A DNA stretch of 64,000 nucleotides from Utricularia gibba (Eukaryota > Plantae > Magnoliophyta). The DNA lies in assembly GCA_002189035.1 (NCBI GenBank), contig CM007990.1:5022001-5086000 (forward strand), in the 5' to 3' direction. Shown piece by piece: positions 48,586 through 61,813 of the stretch (the stretch's first letter is position 1; each line of letters starts with the position of its first letter). A program made the position numbers and the translations under genes. Under the pieces are notes generated by a model. It did not search any database. It saw nothing but the letters and a program-made list of their open reading frames with translations, and was not told the DNA's origin.

Positions 48586-51500
48586 ATCTTCCCTTCCCTT
48601 CCCTCCCCCCTACAAAGGTCGATCCTTTTTCTTCCCCACACTGCACCCTTTATCCCTGGGAACAGAAATTGCTCAGACTGATACTCTACTTTAACCTTTT
48701 ATAGAAAAAAGGTATCTGGGTGATTCTCGAATACGGTGAAAACAAGAAAAATAGGAATAGGGGGTCAGGTCAGGGTTGATGACGGACGTCCGCCAACGTG
48801 GAACCCGGCCGCCTCCATCGTGCATCTAAACACCGTAGATCACTCGTGGGCACCCTGTCCATACCTACACCCATTTTTTAAATCACTCCGCCATGTGAAC
48901 CAATTCGAATCCCATCTCCCAGCCCTAATGTTGTTGCAGAGACGCTGGGGCATCAAATTATCCCTAATATTTATTTTATCAGTCAGCCCTGCTCTCGCCT
49001 CCACTAATCACGTCTAGATTCATTTATTCTCAATAATATTATAAAAATCCAATTTTTCAATTTATTATTAAATATTATCGATTTTTATTTCAAAACATTG
49101 GAAATTGTCGGGAAATACTTGATTTTGGAGATGGTATACAAAACGTAAACTTGAAGTATTTAAGGGGGAACGGAAAGGGAGAAGGGAGTGAAGTAAATAA
49201 ATGGAGGAAAGAAACGTCGTCGTCTCTGAAAATGACGAAACACTGAATTTAAGTGCGCTTGGGATGTTCCTCCTTTAACTCCTCGTCCTGCCCATGAATG
49301 AGACGCCCCTCATCTTTTACAAAAATGACTATCTATTTTTTTTATTTTTACACAAATTTTTATATATAAATTAACATTTTTCTCATACATTTGTCAAATT
49401 ATCCTTCCAATCGCCTTTTCGATCAATGAAATATGATCATTTATAATGTATTTTTATTATTTTAATTTGTATGATAAATGGTTAGATTTGTAAATGACTA
49501 CTACATTTCAATCCATATTCTCTCCCACGTGTCGGATTTATAATGGATTGAATCATTTTAAAAAATAAAAAGTATTATTTTAATTTATTTATTCATGAAC
49601 TCATAATTTGAAAAAATAACATAAATAAAATGAGACTCGCCATGGGTTGATGTAGAAATCAATATTTTAAATTCAGAAATTTTTTTGTAAATATAAAAAA
49701 TAATATAATCTATTTAGAACTCAAAAAAAAACTCATAATACTAATAAAGTTTAATTCAGCATATCTTAAAAATCTCCAATATAATAAAAAAGGGGGGGGG
49801 GGGTATGGACGTGGTTTATTGTCGGTTGAGGGGGCAAATTTTGGGGGCTTCCACCTCTTCGGTACGACGTCGTGTCAATCTGCTTTGTGACACGTTGTGG
49901 GTGGGCCTAAGCATGGATAATAATGGCTGAATTTGAACAGTAAATGTCGGTAGGTAGATTGGGCTTTAAATTGAAGCCTGGCCCAATTAAATGATTTCAG
50001 GGCCCATCAACAGCACGTGTTTACTTTTGACCATAAACAACACCACCAACATATTCATTTAATCCATGATTTCATGAAATAAATTATCCGGAATAATAAT
50101 AAAAAAAGGAAAAAAGGGGAGTGATTTGATAGTGTAAGAAGCATGAGTGATTCTAGATAATGACTAGGCAATTGTAATTGTACGCACATATTTTTCAGTG
50201 GATATGTGTGGGGCCGCCATCATAAATATGGACACCAATGAATGCTCTCTGGGCCCCATCCCACATGTGCTCTCGTCATCATGAAGTGGGAGTGCTTTAA
50301 TCTAATTCCCTTCAAATTAATGTACATAAATATGCACCACTATCACTTCCTGTTTTTGAATCATTTTTTTTATTATATTAGATTTAATCAGATTCACTAA
50401 TTTTTCATTTATTTTAAAATATTTTATGAATTTTTATTTTATTTTAAATAGATTAAACACAATATCTAGTTTCATCATGAGTTTTGATTGGATTGAATTC
50501 AATCAGTTGAATCTATGATTTTGAAATACTGTTAGTCGACAACTTTGCTTTCAGACAATGAATTGAATCTGTTTATTAATCTTAATTTAGGGGTTAGATT
50601 CAAGGCCTTGTAATGAAATCTACTTTAAATTCTATTTTCATTGTTATTATTTCCTTAATTTCAAAAAATAAAAAAAATCATATTATTCTTGTATAATATT
50701 ATTCATTTTATTCAATTTCATGATTTTATGGTTTTCCGTTTTGGAAAAAGAGATTGGAAACAAGATTAGAATCTATCTAAACATATTCTTTCTCTAGTAA
50801 AAATGGCCACTTTTTACTAGGAGTTGTGAGAAAAACAATAATAATTTATATTTTTATTTAATATGTAAAATATAAAATGATTAATGATTAATTTCTTAAA
50901 TGATTTCTCATAATTCGAGTTATAGTGGACGGTTGGGCCGACGGAGTCCTTCTTTACTCCTTTTGGGGCCGATCATCGCCGCGGGTAGGGGGCTTTATCT
51001 TGGTGAGGGGAATTATTATACTATTGAATTATTAAAAAAATTCCAAAATCTAATAATACTTTTTATATGGAATTATTTTTCTTTTTCATGTTTGATATAA
51101 CTTTGGAGAATGAAAAATAGAAATATAATGAGATAAATATTATGTAATTTCAAAAATAGAATTAAGAATAGAAAAAATGTTATTAGAGATTATATATTAA
51201 TATAAATTGTAATTTTGATTTTTTAGGGAAAGCAATTGAGACACCCAAAGCAAGACTACATCCAGGGGCGAGGTAGAAGAGCCCAAGCCACAGAGAGTCA
51301 CAGTTTGGTTGAAGGGGTGAGTCCAATCTACCTTTCTCGCTAATTTATGTTCAAAGATCTATTCTTTTTCTGTCTGATTATCACCCATGAAATACTTACT
51401 GTTCACTGGTCTCGATTTTGTGCTGGCTGCTGAAGTATGGACTAGGTGATAAAACCGCGTGCTAATTGATTTTCCTTGCTTCATCTGCTTTGTGCAGGCT

Positions 51501-53981
51501 AGGAGAGAAAAGATGAGTGAGAGAGTGAATGCTTTAGATTCCTGGTTGTAACAAAACAAAAGTGAGTTTGCAGTAGCTTTCCTTTTGTTTGAAAAATAAT
51601 TTTGATTTGGGTATTTCCAGATGCTATTGCTTTGGAATTTTGTATTTCTTTAGTGTGCAATACTATACTGCCTCCAAATTTTTGTCTATCGATTATCTTC
51701 AGACTCATCTTCTTGCTTTATGTTTGTGGTGAGAGGTGGTTTCCTTTTTTCTTTTCCCCTTATGTGGGCACTTCTTGATTTCAGAGTCGCTTATTCCCAC
51801 TTCATCAGAATCTTTGGGGGTCACTTTTCAAATAGGCTTTTAATGAAGCTATTTTTTCACATCTGTTACATAAACCTGGGACAGTGATGCTCAAGGAGAT
51901 GATGAGACTATGAGTTATGTTCGATCATTACAATGCCACTCTCTGCTTGCTTTTGGCTGGTCTTTTGGAATATCACGTGTAACGAGAACTGGCTCTTCTT
52001 TCAGTTTCTGTCATCGAAGCTTGAGACAGCCGATGCAAGTGTTTCAAAAGTGCAAGTGATTTAAGCATGTGGCAATATGTTCACTGAATGCACTGAATGA
52101 CTGATGAGTAAATCACAGCGCTTTTTCCTATTCATTTTAGCAAACCACATGAAGACCAATGGACAAGTTCTCGACATAACTTCACATTCCATATCGTTCA
52201 CTGCCAAAATTGGGATCTCTGTGGACAATCTGACACTCACTCCCTCCATTTTAGCAGTGGCTGCGTGTGCAGATTGGTGGTGAATGTGAACGAAACTCCT
52301 GGCAGAAAATGAAGTCTTTGATTTCTCTTGCAACTTATCATACAACAGTGTTTTACTTCCGCTTTCAGTCAAGTATGGAGGCTTTTCAGTAAGATCAAAA
52401 TACAAGACAAGATTGAATCCTTTCGCCTGACTAGTAATCCTGTATTGTCTGTTCCATTGCTGTTTGCAGCAAATTTCTCTTCCTTAAAGCGTGTGCGCAG
52501 TAGATGCTTCTCTAAACGAAGTGTAAACTTTTACATTCGGTTTTCAAGAAATTTCGAGTTCCGGAGAGTTGGGGCATGGAACAGACTGATGGTAAAAGAA
52601 GAACAACACCAACCAACGTTCAAACTAAAGTTCAATACTTTAACCATGTTCCTTTTTTTTTTTTTTACTTTCAAATCTCATCATTTTTTGTCAGCCCTGA
52701 TAGCATTACCCATGTTGGAATGCCACTTTTCCCAGTAACCTCCATTTCTGACCCCAGGAAGGAAGGATTTTGAAGACACCCATTATCAAATCTACGGTTG
52801 TTGGGCGATTCACTTCGTAATTCTGATGTGGAAAAGAACAAATTTTTACCCCGATATAGAAATCTAATCCGGGACCAGATTCATCCCAGTGACCCACGGA
52901 TCCATCAATTTCATTTATTGAGTGATCAAAAGATTAAAGTTTGCAGTTTTGCTCAGGATGTCTCGCAACTTTTTCTTGTATAGAACACAGGGTTATGTCC
53001 AGCGGAATATAGGAGGAGAGAGTTGTCCATCCAGAGCGGGACCCATCATCTGGGAATGTGTCCTTCCCCTCGTAATAAGACAACGTTTGACCTATGGGAC
53101 TTCCACTGTTGATATATTCGATCCAATCCTCATACCTACAAAGTTTAAAACCACCATTTCATTTTTTCTTCCTGTTGTAATAAAATAGTCTTTGCCATGT
53201 ACGGAGCCAATGGGAGAGCTACACCTGTCTTGCTCTGGCCATGCAGAAGCGGAGATTCCCTGCGGGAAGTGTTGCACAGCCTCAAAAGTTGCACAGCCGA
53301 GGAGAGAGGCTTCAAGGGTGAAACAGTGCAGAGGCCGGTGATTTTGTGGTGGGTTTTGTCTTCCCGTTTGGGCATTTCAAGCGGCGGAACGTTTTGAGTA
53401 AAGGAAATGTCCAAGTCACTTTTTTCTTCTGCCTCCTTCCCCTACGCCCTCTTTTTTCCGTAAGTATGAATGAAATTTACTGCTTTTCTTGATTTGTTGT
53501 ACTTATTCAGAGATAGCCTGCCTGAGTAATTGCTGGTGAATTTAACTTCTGCAAATGCTTTCTCAAACATCGTGTCTTTTATTTCTGTGGTTTGGGTTTC
53601 GTTCATTCCTCAAGTGTCCGCAACAAAGATTTCATTTTTTTCTCGAATGGCATGAGAAAATTTTATCTTTGGCGGTGCATTTGAACTTCGGAATGGTTGA
53701 ATTGCTGGAAGAAACCTGCCTGCCCAGAAATGCAACCTTTGGCAATTATCGTCTCTACGGTTTTTTCTCAAGGTTGAAGGGGAAATTTAGGAACATGGAG
53801 TTTCTGTTAACTTTAGCCATGGATTTCTTTTTGTATTCTTTTTTCCTTCAAGCAATGTGCCTTATGCAGCATTTTTTCTCTTGAACTCTTCCTCCTTTTT
53901 GTAACTTTCTTGTATTTTGAAGTTCCTTATATTGTTGCATTTGCTCTGCAGTCAGAAGCTCCAGCGTGGAATTTTTATGCC

Positions 53982-54050
53982 ATGGATGCAGAGCATTTGA
54001 ATAGAGGGTGTCTCTGCGGCACCGAGAAATTTGTTCTCAAGGGCATATGA
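53982..54050 (+). promoter_or_regulatory. 22-codon uORF in the UBP15 leader (one of several uATGs)
   Basis: ATG 53982 to TGA 54050 (MDAEHLNRGCLCGTEKFVLKGI*), ending 21 nt before the UBP15 ATG and lying after the leader-intron acceptor at about 53951. Confidence 0.45.
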
Positions 54051-54071
54051 CACGAACATGCTAGTTAGGAC

Positions 54072-57000
54072 ATGCTTGAGCCAAGGGGAAATGATCTTCT
54101 GGCTTACTTTCTTTTCTTTGTTGTGGTTCCTCTCGTTACTTACTTGCTATTAGGGATCTTAAATGATTTAACAAAAAAGAAAGAGCAGATTCATTCCGTA
54201 GTAAATAGAGCCGTCGAGGACCCTCAGGGTGAAATCATGGCTGTTGGCACCTGCATTCCTCTGGTGCAATTGCCGACCAATGGGGCTCATCAATGTGCCA
54301 AATGCCTCGGATCTGCGAGGACTCGTTGCTCCGGCTGCAAGTCGGTCTGGTATTGGTATGTTCTCCGTTTCTCCTATGATTTCTGCTTGTAAAAAGTTTT
54401 AATACTCAATTATTTTATTCACTTCCTTAGGAATCATGCCAATCAGCGTTTATTTTCACTTTTGTTCTTGTTTTTAAGTTGAGATGTTAAGCAAATGTGC
54501 AGCTCTGGAAGGTGCCAGGTTCTTCATTGGAGGCAAGCCCACAGGCTTGAGTGCCAGCAACTAAGAAAGGGCTGTCAAAGGTCCTCTTTTCAGCCTATCC
54601 TGGCTGAAGGGTGGTCTGAAGATGCACATGTGAGAGTTGGAGCATCATGTTATGAAAATCATAGATTGATTCGCAACGTCTAATGCTTAATACTTGGTGC
54701 AGTTAAACCTACCTGCTTTTGATCAACCAGAAAATCTCTCCAGTGGAGTAGTCTCTTCAGAGAGCAGTCGGGTTGAAAGAGAAAAGGAAAATCCCTTGGA
54801 TAAAGACAATTATAATGATGGTGCAAACATATTAGTCGATGATGCGCTTTTCCATGATTCTCGAATGGACAGTATGAATGAAGAATTCTCATGTGAGGAT
54901 AGGACAATCAGTATCAAAGGTATGAAGACCATGAGTCATGGCCCTGAAAGTGCTACAGCTAAGAGGAATGACAAACAGAGAGCTGTTTCTCGACCAAATG
55001 GGATTAATCTGATGAAATCTTCGAAGTCCAAGGATAAAGTTGCTAAAGAACTGCTGTCTTTAAATACATCTTCTGAGTCTCCAGCTGCAAATAAACCAAG
55101 TAGGCTATTTGTGTTTAGGTTCATTCTAGTGTATCCCATTTGATTCTCTCCACTGGTGAACTGTATGCAGAAAGTGGTGCAGCGAGGAATGATATCACCT
55201 TACAGGGAAGTAGTGCAATTACTGACATGGGAATTTTAAGGTTGATGAGCATGAAAAAATCACGGAAAACTGTTTTGAAGTGTCCTGAAGATAAGGTCCA
55301 CAGTTGGAGAAATTCGAAGGTGAGTTGTTTGAAAAAGCTTCTTTGCGTAGCTGTCAAGGGACTTACGTTTTGTAACTTTCTCAGAGCCGTCAGATGATTT
55401 ATCCGTACGAAGAATTTGTGAAGTGCTTTCAGTATGAAGTTCTCAACATTATTCCCAGAGGTCTAGTGAACTGTGGGAATAGGTAAAGATGCAATATTTT
55501 TCTTTCAAAAACTACCCAAATTTCACAAAATGTTCTGTTTTCTCTGTAGTTGCTATGCCAATGCAGTACTGCAGTGTCTAACATGCACAAAGCCTCTAAT
55601 CATTTATCTTCTCCGGCACTCGCATTCGAAACTGGGTATGAGCTCTCTGTGTTCTTTCATTGGTAGTATGGGAAAAAATATTTACATCTCAGTCTTCATG
55701 CTAGGTTGTGCTAAAGATCGTTGTATCATGTGTGAACTTGAAAAGCTTGTTGTTGTGAGGAAAGATACTGGCGGACCTCTGTCACCAATGAATATTCTTG
55801 TGAGCATTAGAAGGCTTAATTCACAGATTGGTCATGGAAGTCAAGAAGATGCCCACGAGTTCTTAAGGTTCTTGAGTAGTCAACTGGAGTCCTCTTCAAA
55901 TGTCCTCTAGACTGTATTTGACTTTATAAATTTTCTTTGCTTACAGGCTTCTTGTGGCCTCAATGCAATCTGTATGCTTGGAAGGTATTGGTGGAGAAAA
56001 CGTTGTTGATCAGAGGCTGCAAGATACAACTTTTGTACAGCATCTGTTTGGTGGTTGTCTTAGATCTAAGGTATTCTGTTCATGTCTTCATGTCTGATTT
56101 CGCATCACACTAATCCAGGGAACTATACAATAGGTGAGATGTCTACGATGCAATCACGAGTCCGAGAGATATGAGAATATGATGGATCTTACTCTTGAGA
56201 TATCCGGTTGGGTCGAATCACTACAGGATGCACTGACACAGTTCACCAGTCCTGAAGATCTTGATGGTGAAAATATGTACAGATGCGTAAGGTATACAAA
56301 TCCATCGCCTTCTTATGGAATACCAAATATACATCAACAGGAATCCTGATACCGTATGTGTCGGGATCATGTGAAAGGTGTAATGAATATGTTCGAGCAA
56401 GGAAGCAGTTGAACATCCAAGAGTCACCAAATATCCTCACAATTGTGTTGAAGAGATTTCAGGCACTGCATTTCTTCCCCTTCCTTCTGATTTTCTTGGC
56501 TTGTTATTCATCTTTCAGATGCTATATTGGTTCTGAATTCCATCTTCAGGAAGGGGGTTATGGAAAAATCAACAAATGCATCACTTTCCCAGAGATGCTT
56601 GACATGGTTCCATTTATGACCGGCTCCGATGACATCCCTCCATTTTACATGCTTTATGGTGTTGTTGTTCATATGGATACATCAAATGCATCCGTTTCTG
56701 GCCACTACATCTCCTATGTCAAGGATCTAAATGGCAACTGGTTCTGTGTTGATGACAGTGAGGTAAACTACATGTACCATCAATCTCATGTGTGGTCTGC
56801 TTTCATGAAGTTACAACAGTGGTTTCTTTGTCAATCTCCATGAATTTTCGCATACCGTCGAGCTCAATAATTATTCAGTCTGCTGATTCTCATAGCGACA
56901 ATAAGATTTCATCTTTTCGGGTGTCTATACATTTTCCAGCAGTGTACTTCAGTGACATGGCTTCTTAAATTGCAAGTTAGCATACTCCACTACAATGCTT

Positions 57001-57615
57001 GCTCTGTGATATGATGACATGTCTCAAGTGTGATGTGTGTTTTGGCAGGTCCGTCCTGTTGAACTGAGCCAGGTTATGTCCGTCGGAGCATATATTTTGT
57101 TCTACATGCGGTAAGCTTAGACTATGCAATGATCAAGAGAGCTCCAGCAAAGACTGTTACTGATCTCTTCTCTGCTTTCTGTGTGTTTCACCAAATTAAG
57201 GTCATCTCCACGACCTCCTATCGTTACGAGGACCGGAGTTTCCTCAGCTGTTGCTAAGCACTCAACCTCAGCAGCAGAGCCAAGCAGACCATATAGCAGC
57301 ATCGACAGAAGGGAGCAGTTGGATAATAGGTTAGAGATGAATCCTGAGCTTAGCCGGATTTCTGGAGGAATCACAATCAGAGAAACAAGATTTAGGCCTT
57401 CCACTCATAGAAGCCATGCTGAGTTTTCAGATGCTGCATCCAGCGAATTTTCGCTGTTTACAAGCTCAGATGACTCGTCTTTTACAACTGAAAGCACCAG
57501 AGATTCATTCAGCACCATTGATCAGGCAGACATTCCATTTTCCTCAATTTTCCAATCTTTATACCCTGATGTCTATACATCCAAGAGCAATGCCTGGTGC
57601 AGCAAGTCTTCATAG
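54072..57615 (+). CDS. UBP15: Ubiquitin-specific protease with N-terminal TM and MYND zinc finger (UBP15-like)
   Basis: MLEPRG start and TM helix. MYND CAKC..CSGCKSVWYC|SGRCQVLHWRQAHRLEC. Cys box RGLVNCGNS|CYANAVLQC, then QEDAHEFL and His box GHYISYVKD..WFCVDDS. One intron (56463-56549) has a GC donor. The C-terminal stop at 57615 is less certain. Confidence 0.92.
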
Positions 57616-59659
57616 AGTAAGACAGGTGCAATTATCTTCCACCAGAGCCTCAGTTGTAGCAATAGATGGCAAGGATACAATCTAACTTTTTGTGTCCATT
57701 TTGCCTCTTTGGTTAGAAGACTAGATGATTTCAGATTATCGCTTCATGTTTTTGGCTACTTTAGGTTCCCCATGTTGTAGCAGCTCCTCGCTGCAGTCAA
57801 TTCACTTGTTTATGAAATGAGTTTTCTCAATGGAAACAAGTACTCCCTTTCTCTTTCTCTCAACATGAAATGGCTAATACTGTTAAAAAATTCTGAAGAC
57901 AGCCTCATGCTGAGTAGCTGATAAATCAAAGGGACTACCTGCTTTTGGAGAAGGCAGCCATGGCAACTTTTTGGATCGTGCAGCAACTCCACATTGTCCC
58001 CATCCTGCAGCCGACAGTATCCAAAATGGATTTAACACCATCATGCTCACTCTGCATCGGTCCCCATCTACATGTGTTAAAACATGACAGAGGTTTGTAG
58101 GAGGAAGCTTTAGACATACTTGCAAATATAACAAGTGGTGCAAGTGATAAGAAAGGTGCACTCATGCTTGACTGATTGTTCATGTCCCCCCACTGACTGG
58201 GGCACCCGACAGCCACAATTCAAGGACTAGAAACATTGCTTCACCATATCAAAATCTGTCTTTGTAGTTGCTGCAAACGCAGGTGCATGAATCATACCCA
58301 TTGAGAATGGAGAATTCATTCCCAACAGCCCTTTGCCTTTCTTGCCAGTCCACAGGCTCATCATCTTACTGAAACTGAGTGCACCAAATCGCCCATGTTT
58401 TTTTACTTCAAAAAGCTCCCATCTTTTGTTACCATTGGCTTTACACCATCTTGCAACTCCCATTTATCCAGGGCGATGTTCGATTACAATCGATTTTCGG
58501 TGTGCATCCATCCTGCTTGTGCAGAACACTCATTCAGATAGTCAATGTACATTGAAAACAAAAACAGTATAAGGTAACTTATGTCTGCTCATAGAAGTCT
58601 AGATACATTTAATCAGTCAGGGCTCTTTTCCAAAGAAACTACTAATTGTTCTCTTTCAAACCTTTCTCCTTTTCCATGACTGTAGAAGGAGGATAAGGGA
58701 ATCAACTCAACCAAATTATAGCCACACAAAGTTAGCCAATAATCATCATCACTACTACTACTACATTAACAACAAAAATACTTTTTCTGTGCACGAGATT
58801 AGCCAAACAACAAAATTATTCATGTATGTAATTGATAATAATAAATATCACTTCTCAACAAATCTGTGGTCAACAAGTGTGTTATTTGACACAAAATAAT
58901 CTTTCGTATCCCAAGAAACAAAAAGTCAGCAACTTCCTGCATAGAGAAAAAAGATTACCAAGGAAAAAAAAAGGTGTTGTAGTAGACGATGGTCTGCAAA
59001 CAAGACAAGAGCGTTAAATGGCTAAAGCTTTGTTCTTGACACGACTGAAGAACAAACATATTCTTTCATTCTTCTACGCAAAACGGCGTCGCTTTTGCAG
59101 GTGGTTGAGATACCGTTAAAACCTAAATGACCAAAATGCCCTTCCTGTTCCAGTAGAACCTCTTCACACCACAGAGAGTGGACCTAGGCATCCGAAGGTA
59201 AACTCGGGTGTTCCACAGAAGTTCTGAGATGCAAGGGGGACTTTCAGGCAAGGTGTGAAGTGACCAAAATGCCCAAGTGCTTACAACATGCTGCATAAGA
59301 AAAAGAAAAGTCGAGAAGCTTGCTGCTTTTCTCATAGACAGGGAAAAGAGTTGAGGTCCTACGTATAAACAACAATATTTCTCTGGACCATCAGAATTTG
59401 ATACGGGGGCCTTCAAATCCCCTCGCTGAGTGCCCTTTGAGTCATCAAAATGCCATTTGAAGTATGAAGGAGTGAAGCTTTTCATTGCCCTCTGCTGTAA
59501 ACTCTGCTCCGCATGCAGCATATTCTGCTCTATCCACCCATTTTTTTCTTTAACCGGGGAGGATACTGTTTGGCTATCCATCTTCCTCACATCCCAAGCT
59601 TCTATAAATACATCTCGGATCACTCAGTTTCCTCCTGCAAAACAGACTGATTCCAGGAG

Positions 59660-60178
59660 ATGATTCCCTTGGATCATCAACAGCTTGGAAGTCAAACAGG
59701 GTTTCTTGCAGGCACCGGCACGGGTCAAGTCCAATCCCAAGCATTTCACTTGCTGCCCTCCTCCCACATCCTAATGCATCAGAGATTTCTCTCAGGTATG
59801 TCGGGATTTACTAACACAGCATGCATCAGCAGCAACTCTTCCTCCACATCTGATGAAGCAGAGGAGCAACTACTTGGAGTCATCGATGAGAGGCGGAAAC
59901 GGAGAATGATATCGAACAGGGAATCTGCACGGAGGTCAAGGATGCGCAAACAAAGGCATCTAGATGAGCTATGGTGTCAGGTTCTTCGCCTCAGAACTCA
60001 AAATCACCATCTCTTGGATAGGCTAAACCATGTCTCTGAGAGTCATGATAAAGCCGTTCAGGAAAACGCGAGGCTCAAAGAAGAGACATCCAATCTTCGA
60101 AAAATGGTGATGGATCTACAAATTGGAAACACTTACACCATTCTAAGTGATTTTGAAGACATCTCATGTAATAATTAA
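59660..60178 (+). CDS. Group S bZIP transcription factor (bZIP42/43-like)
   Basis: Intronless. SSTSDEAEEQ..DERRKRRMISNRESARRSRMRKQRHLDELW plus a long zipper. TATAAATA at 59603. Confidence 0.92.
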   Translation: MIPLDHQQLGSQTGFLAGTGTGQVQSQAFHLLPSSHILMHQRFLSGMSGFTNTACISSNSSSTSDEAEEQLLGVIDERRKRRMISNRESARRSRMRKQRHLDELWCQVLRLRTQNHHLLDRLNHVSESHDKAVQENARLKEETSNLRKMVMDLQIGNTYTILSDFEDISCNN

Positions 60179-61209
60179 CTCATCCCAAGGCTGAACTGTC
60201 AGGCCAGGGCTGCAGCTTTTTCCATGTATCTTCTTAAATAAGCTGATGATCATCCACTAGCTTCCTGCCGTGCTTTAATCTGTAAACTGCTACGATAGTT
60301 AACCTTTTGAACCTGCAATAAAAACTGCTATCTCGTACCACGAACGTCATCCTTAAAATCCTTCCTCTGATAAAATGAAATAGACGTCATCGTTTACCTT
60401 GAAGTCAAAAACTAGTTATTAGCATCCTTTTCTTGCGGTGATTGCAGTCATGATTATTGATCGCTGGTGGTTTGACTTGAAAAACAAACGTCAGGGAGCA
60501 CCATGACAAGTGAAACTAATGCTAGAGTTTCCAAGAAATACACCAAAACAACAAAGAGAAGGACCTACAGTCATTGATGTGTTTCATGGTCCTACGGACA
60601 AATGGTGGTGGACATGTTAGGTGATGGTGGCTACTAACACTAGAGCAACCATACGAAGCAGAACAACAGAAAGTCCACTAACATTAGATACTGTTTCCCT
60701 TTAATGTCAAGAGGGCGATGACACACGACTAGTTGTAAAGTCGCTGTTTCTACTCAACTTAATGACAAGACAGAACACAAAAAAAAGAGGATCATGTGTC
60801 CACTGCATTACAGCGGGGTTGGAACAACAATCGAGATTGCTTACATTGATAGAAAGATGGCATTTTTTTAGATATCCAAGATAACTCCACAAAAGGAAAT
60901 GAATAATGGAACAATCATCAGAACAAAGCCAAATTGATGGAGGCATCGCATTAGCATTGAGGACGCTTAAATGAGCAAAAAGGAAACATTTCTAGACGCG
61001 GATATACATGCAAACGCATACACTGCTTGCATAAAGAGAAATTAACATATAACACTGTTTTCCAGGATCCAATCAAAGGTTAACAAACAGCCCCATTGAG
61101 AGGAGATGGCACATGGAAGTGAAAAATATGATTTTTGCATTTCTAGGATTAACAAATAGTCGAACAAGCTTTAACATGGATAAGTGAAGAGAAAGAAATT
61201 TGTACATGA

Positions 61210-61761
61210 TCATTTGTTCTTCTTCTTGTTCTGTTTTCTGGAATATACCATTCCCTTGATGCCATCAGGATCCGCCACGAAGCCTAATGGCCGGTAAAAC
61301 CCGAGAACCCGGGGCTCCGAATACAAAACAATGTTGCTGATTCCCTTATCTAACAAAGCGGTTACCAATCTCTCCATCACAGCTTTCCCAAGGCCAATCC
61401 CTTGGAAGCTGGGGTCCACCACAACATCCCACACTATCGCATTGAACACACCGTCGCCAGTGGCTCTAGCGAACGCCACCGGCCTCTTTGTTCTCTCGTT
61501 CTCCACCCACAGCACCGCGTCGGAGTGTTCTAGAGCCAGTCGGATCTTGTCCGTATCCCGCCGAGGGAATCCGACGGCTGCGAAGACCGAATTCAGTTGA
61601 TCGAGGTTCAGCGAATCGAAGCTGCTGTGAAATTTGAATCCGCGGGAGGAGAATGACTCGTCGGAGACCGTAGCGGCTGAGACGACGGCCCTAGGCCCAC
61701 GGTGGTGCAACGGCCATCTGACGTGTGAAACAGAGGCGAGGACGCCACTGTTCAGCAGCAT
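61210..61761 (-). CDS. Plastid GNAT acetyltransferase (GNAT1 / serotonin N-acetyltransferase 2-like)
   Basis: Transit peptide then LNSVFAAVGFPRRD, AFARATGDGVFNAIVWDVVVDPSFQGIGLGKAVMERL (acetyl-CoA motif QGxGLG) and FYRPLGFVADPDG. Confidence 0.92.
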   Translation of the reverse strand: MLLNSGVLASVSHVRWPLHHRGPRAVVSAATVSDESFSSRGFKFHSSFDSLNLDQLNSVFAAVGFPRRDTDKIRLALEHSDAVLWVENERTKRPVAFARATGDGVFNAIVWDVVVDPSFQGIGLGKAVMERLVTALLDKGISNIVLYSEPRVLGFYRPLGFVADPDGIKGMVYSRKQNKKKNK

Positions 61762-61813
61762 TTCCGAGATTTTTAATGAATTAATAAAATACTTTGCCTT
61801 TATTATCCGTTCA

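Noticed and set aside
54630-54702. Apparent frame change and stop in UBP15 after the MYND finger
   Set aside because: Explained by a canonical 73-nt phase-0 GT-AG intron with a branch-point-like CTAAT.
15593-57615. Functional cluster of growth and light genes (PKS, TCP14/15-like, PRE, UBP15)
   Set aside because: Inherited synteny is sufficient to explain the adjacency; there is no evidence of co-regulation or an operon-like system.
57883-58572. Several 78-93 aa ORFs between UBP15 and the bZIP
   Set aside because: No recognisable motifs or consistent splice structure; treated as non-coding.
59123-59659. Sucrose-responsive (SIRT) conserved-peptide uORF ahead of the bZIP
   Set aside because: No peptide resembling the S1-group uORF (..RRRTHLVQSFSVVFLYW..) is present, and the bZIP is not S1-type.
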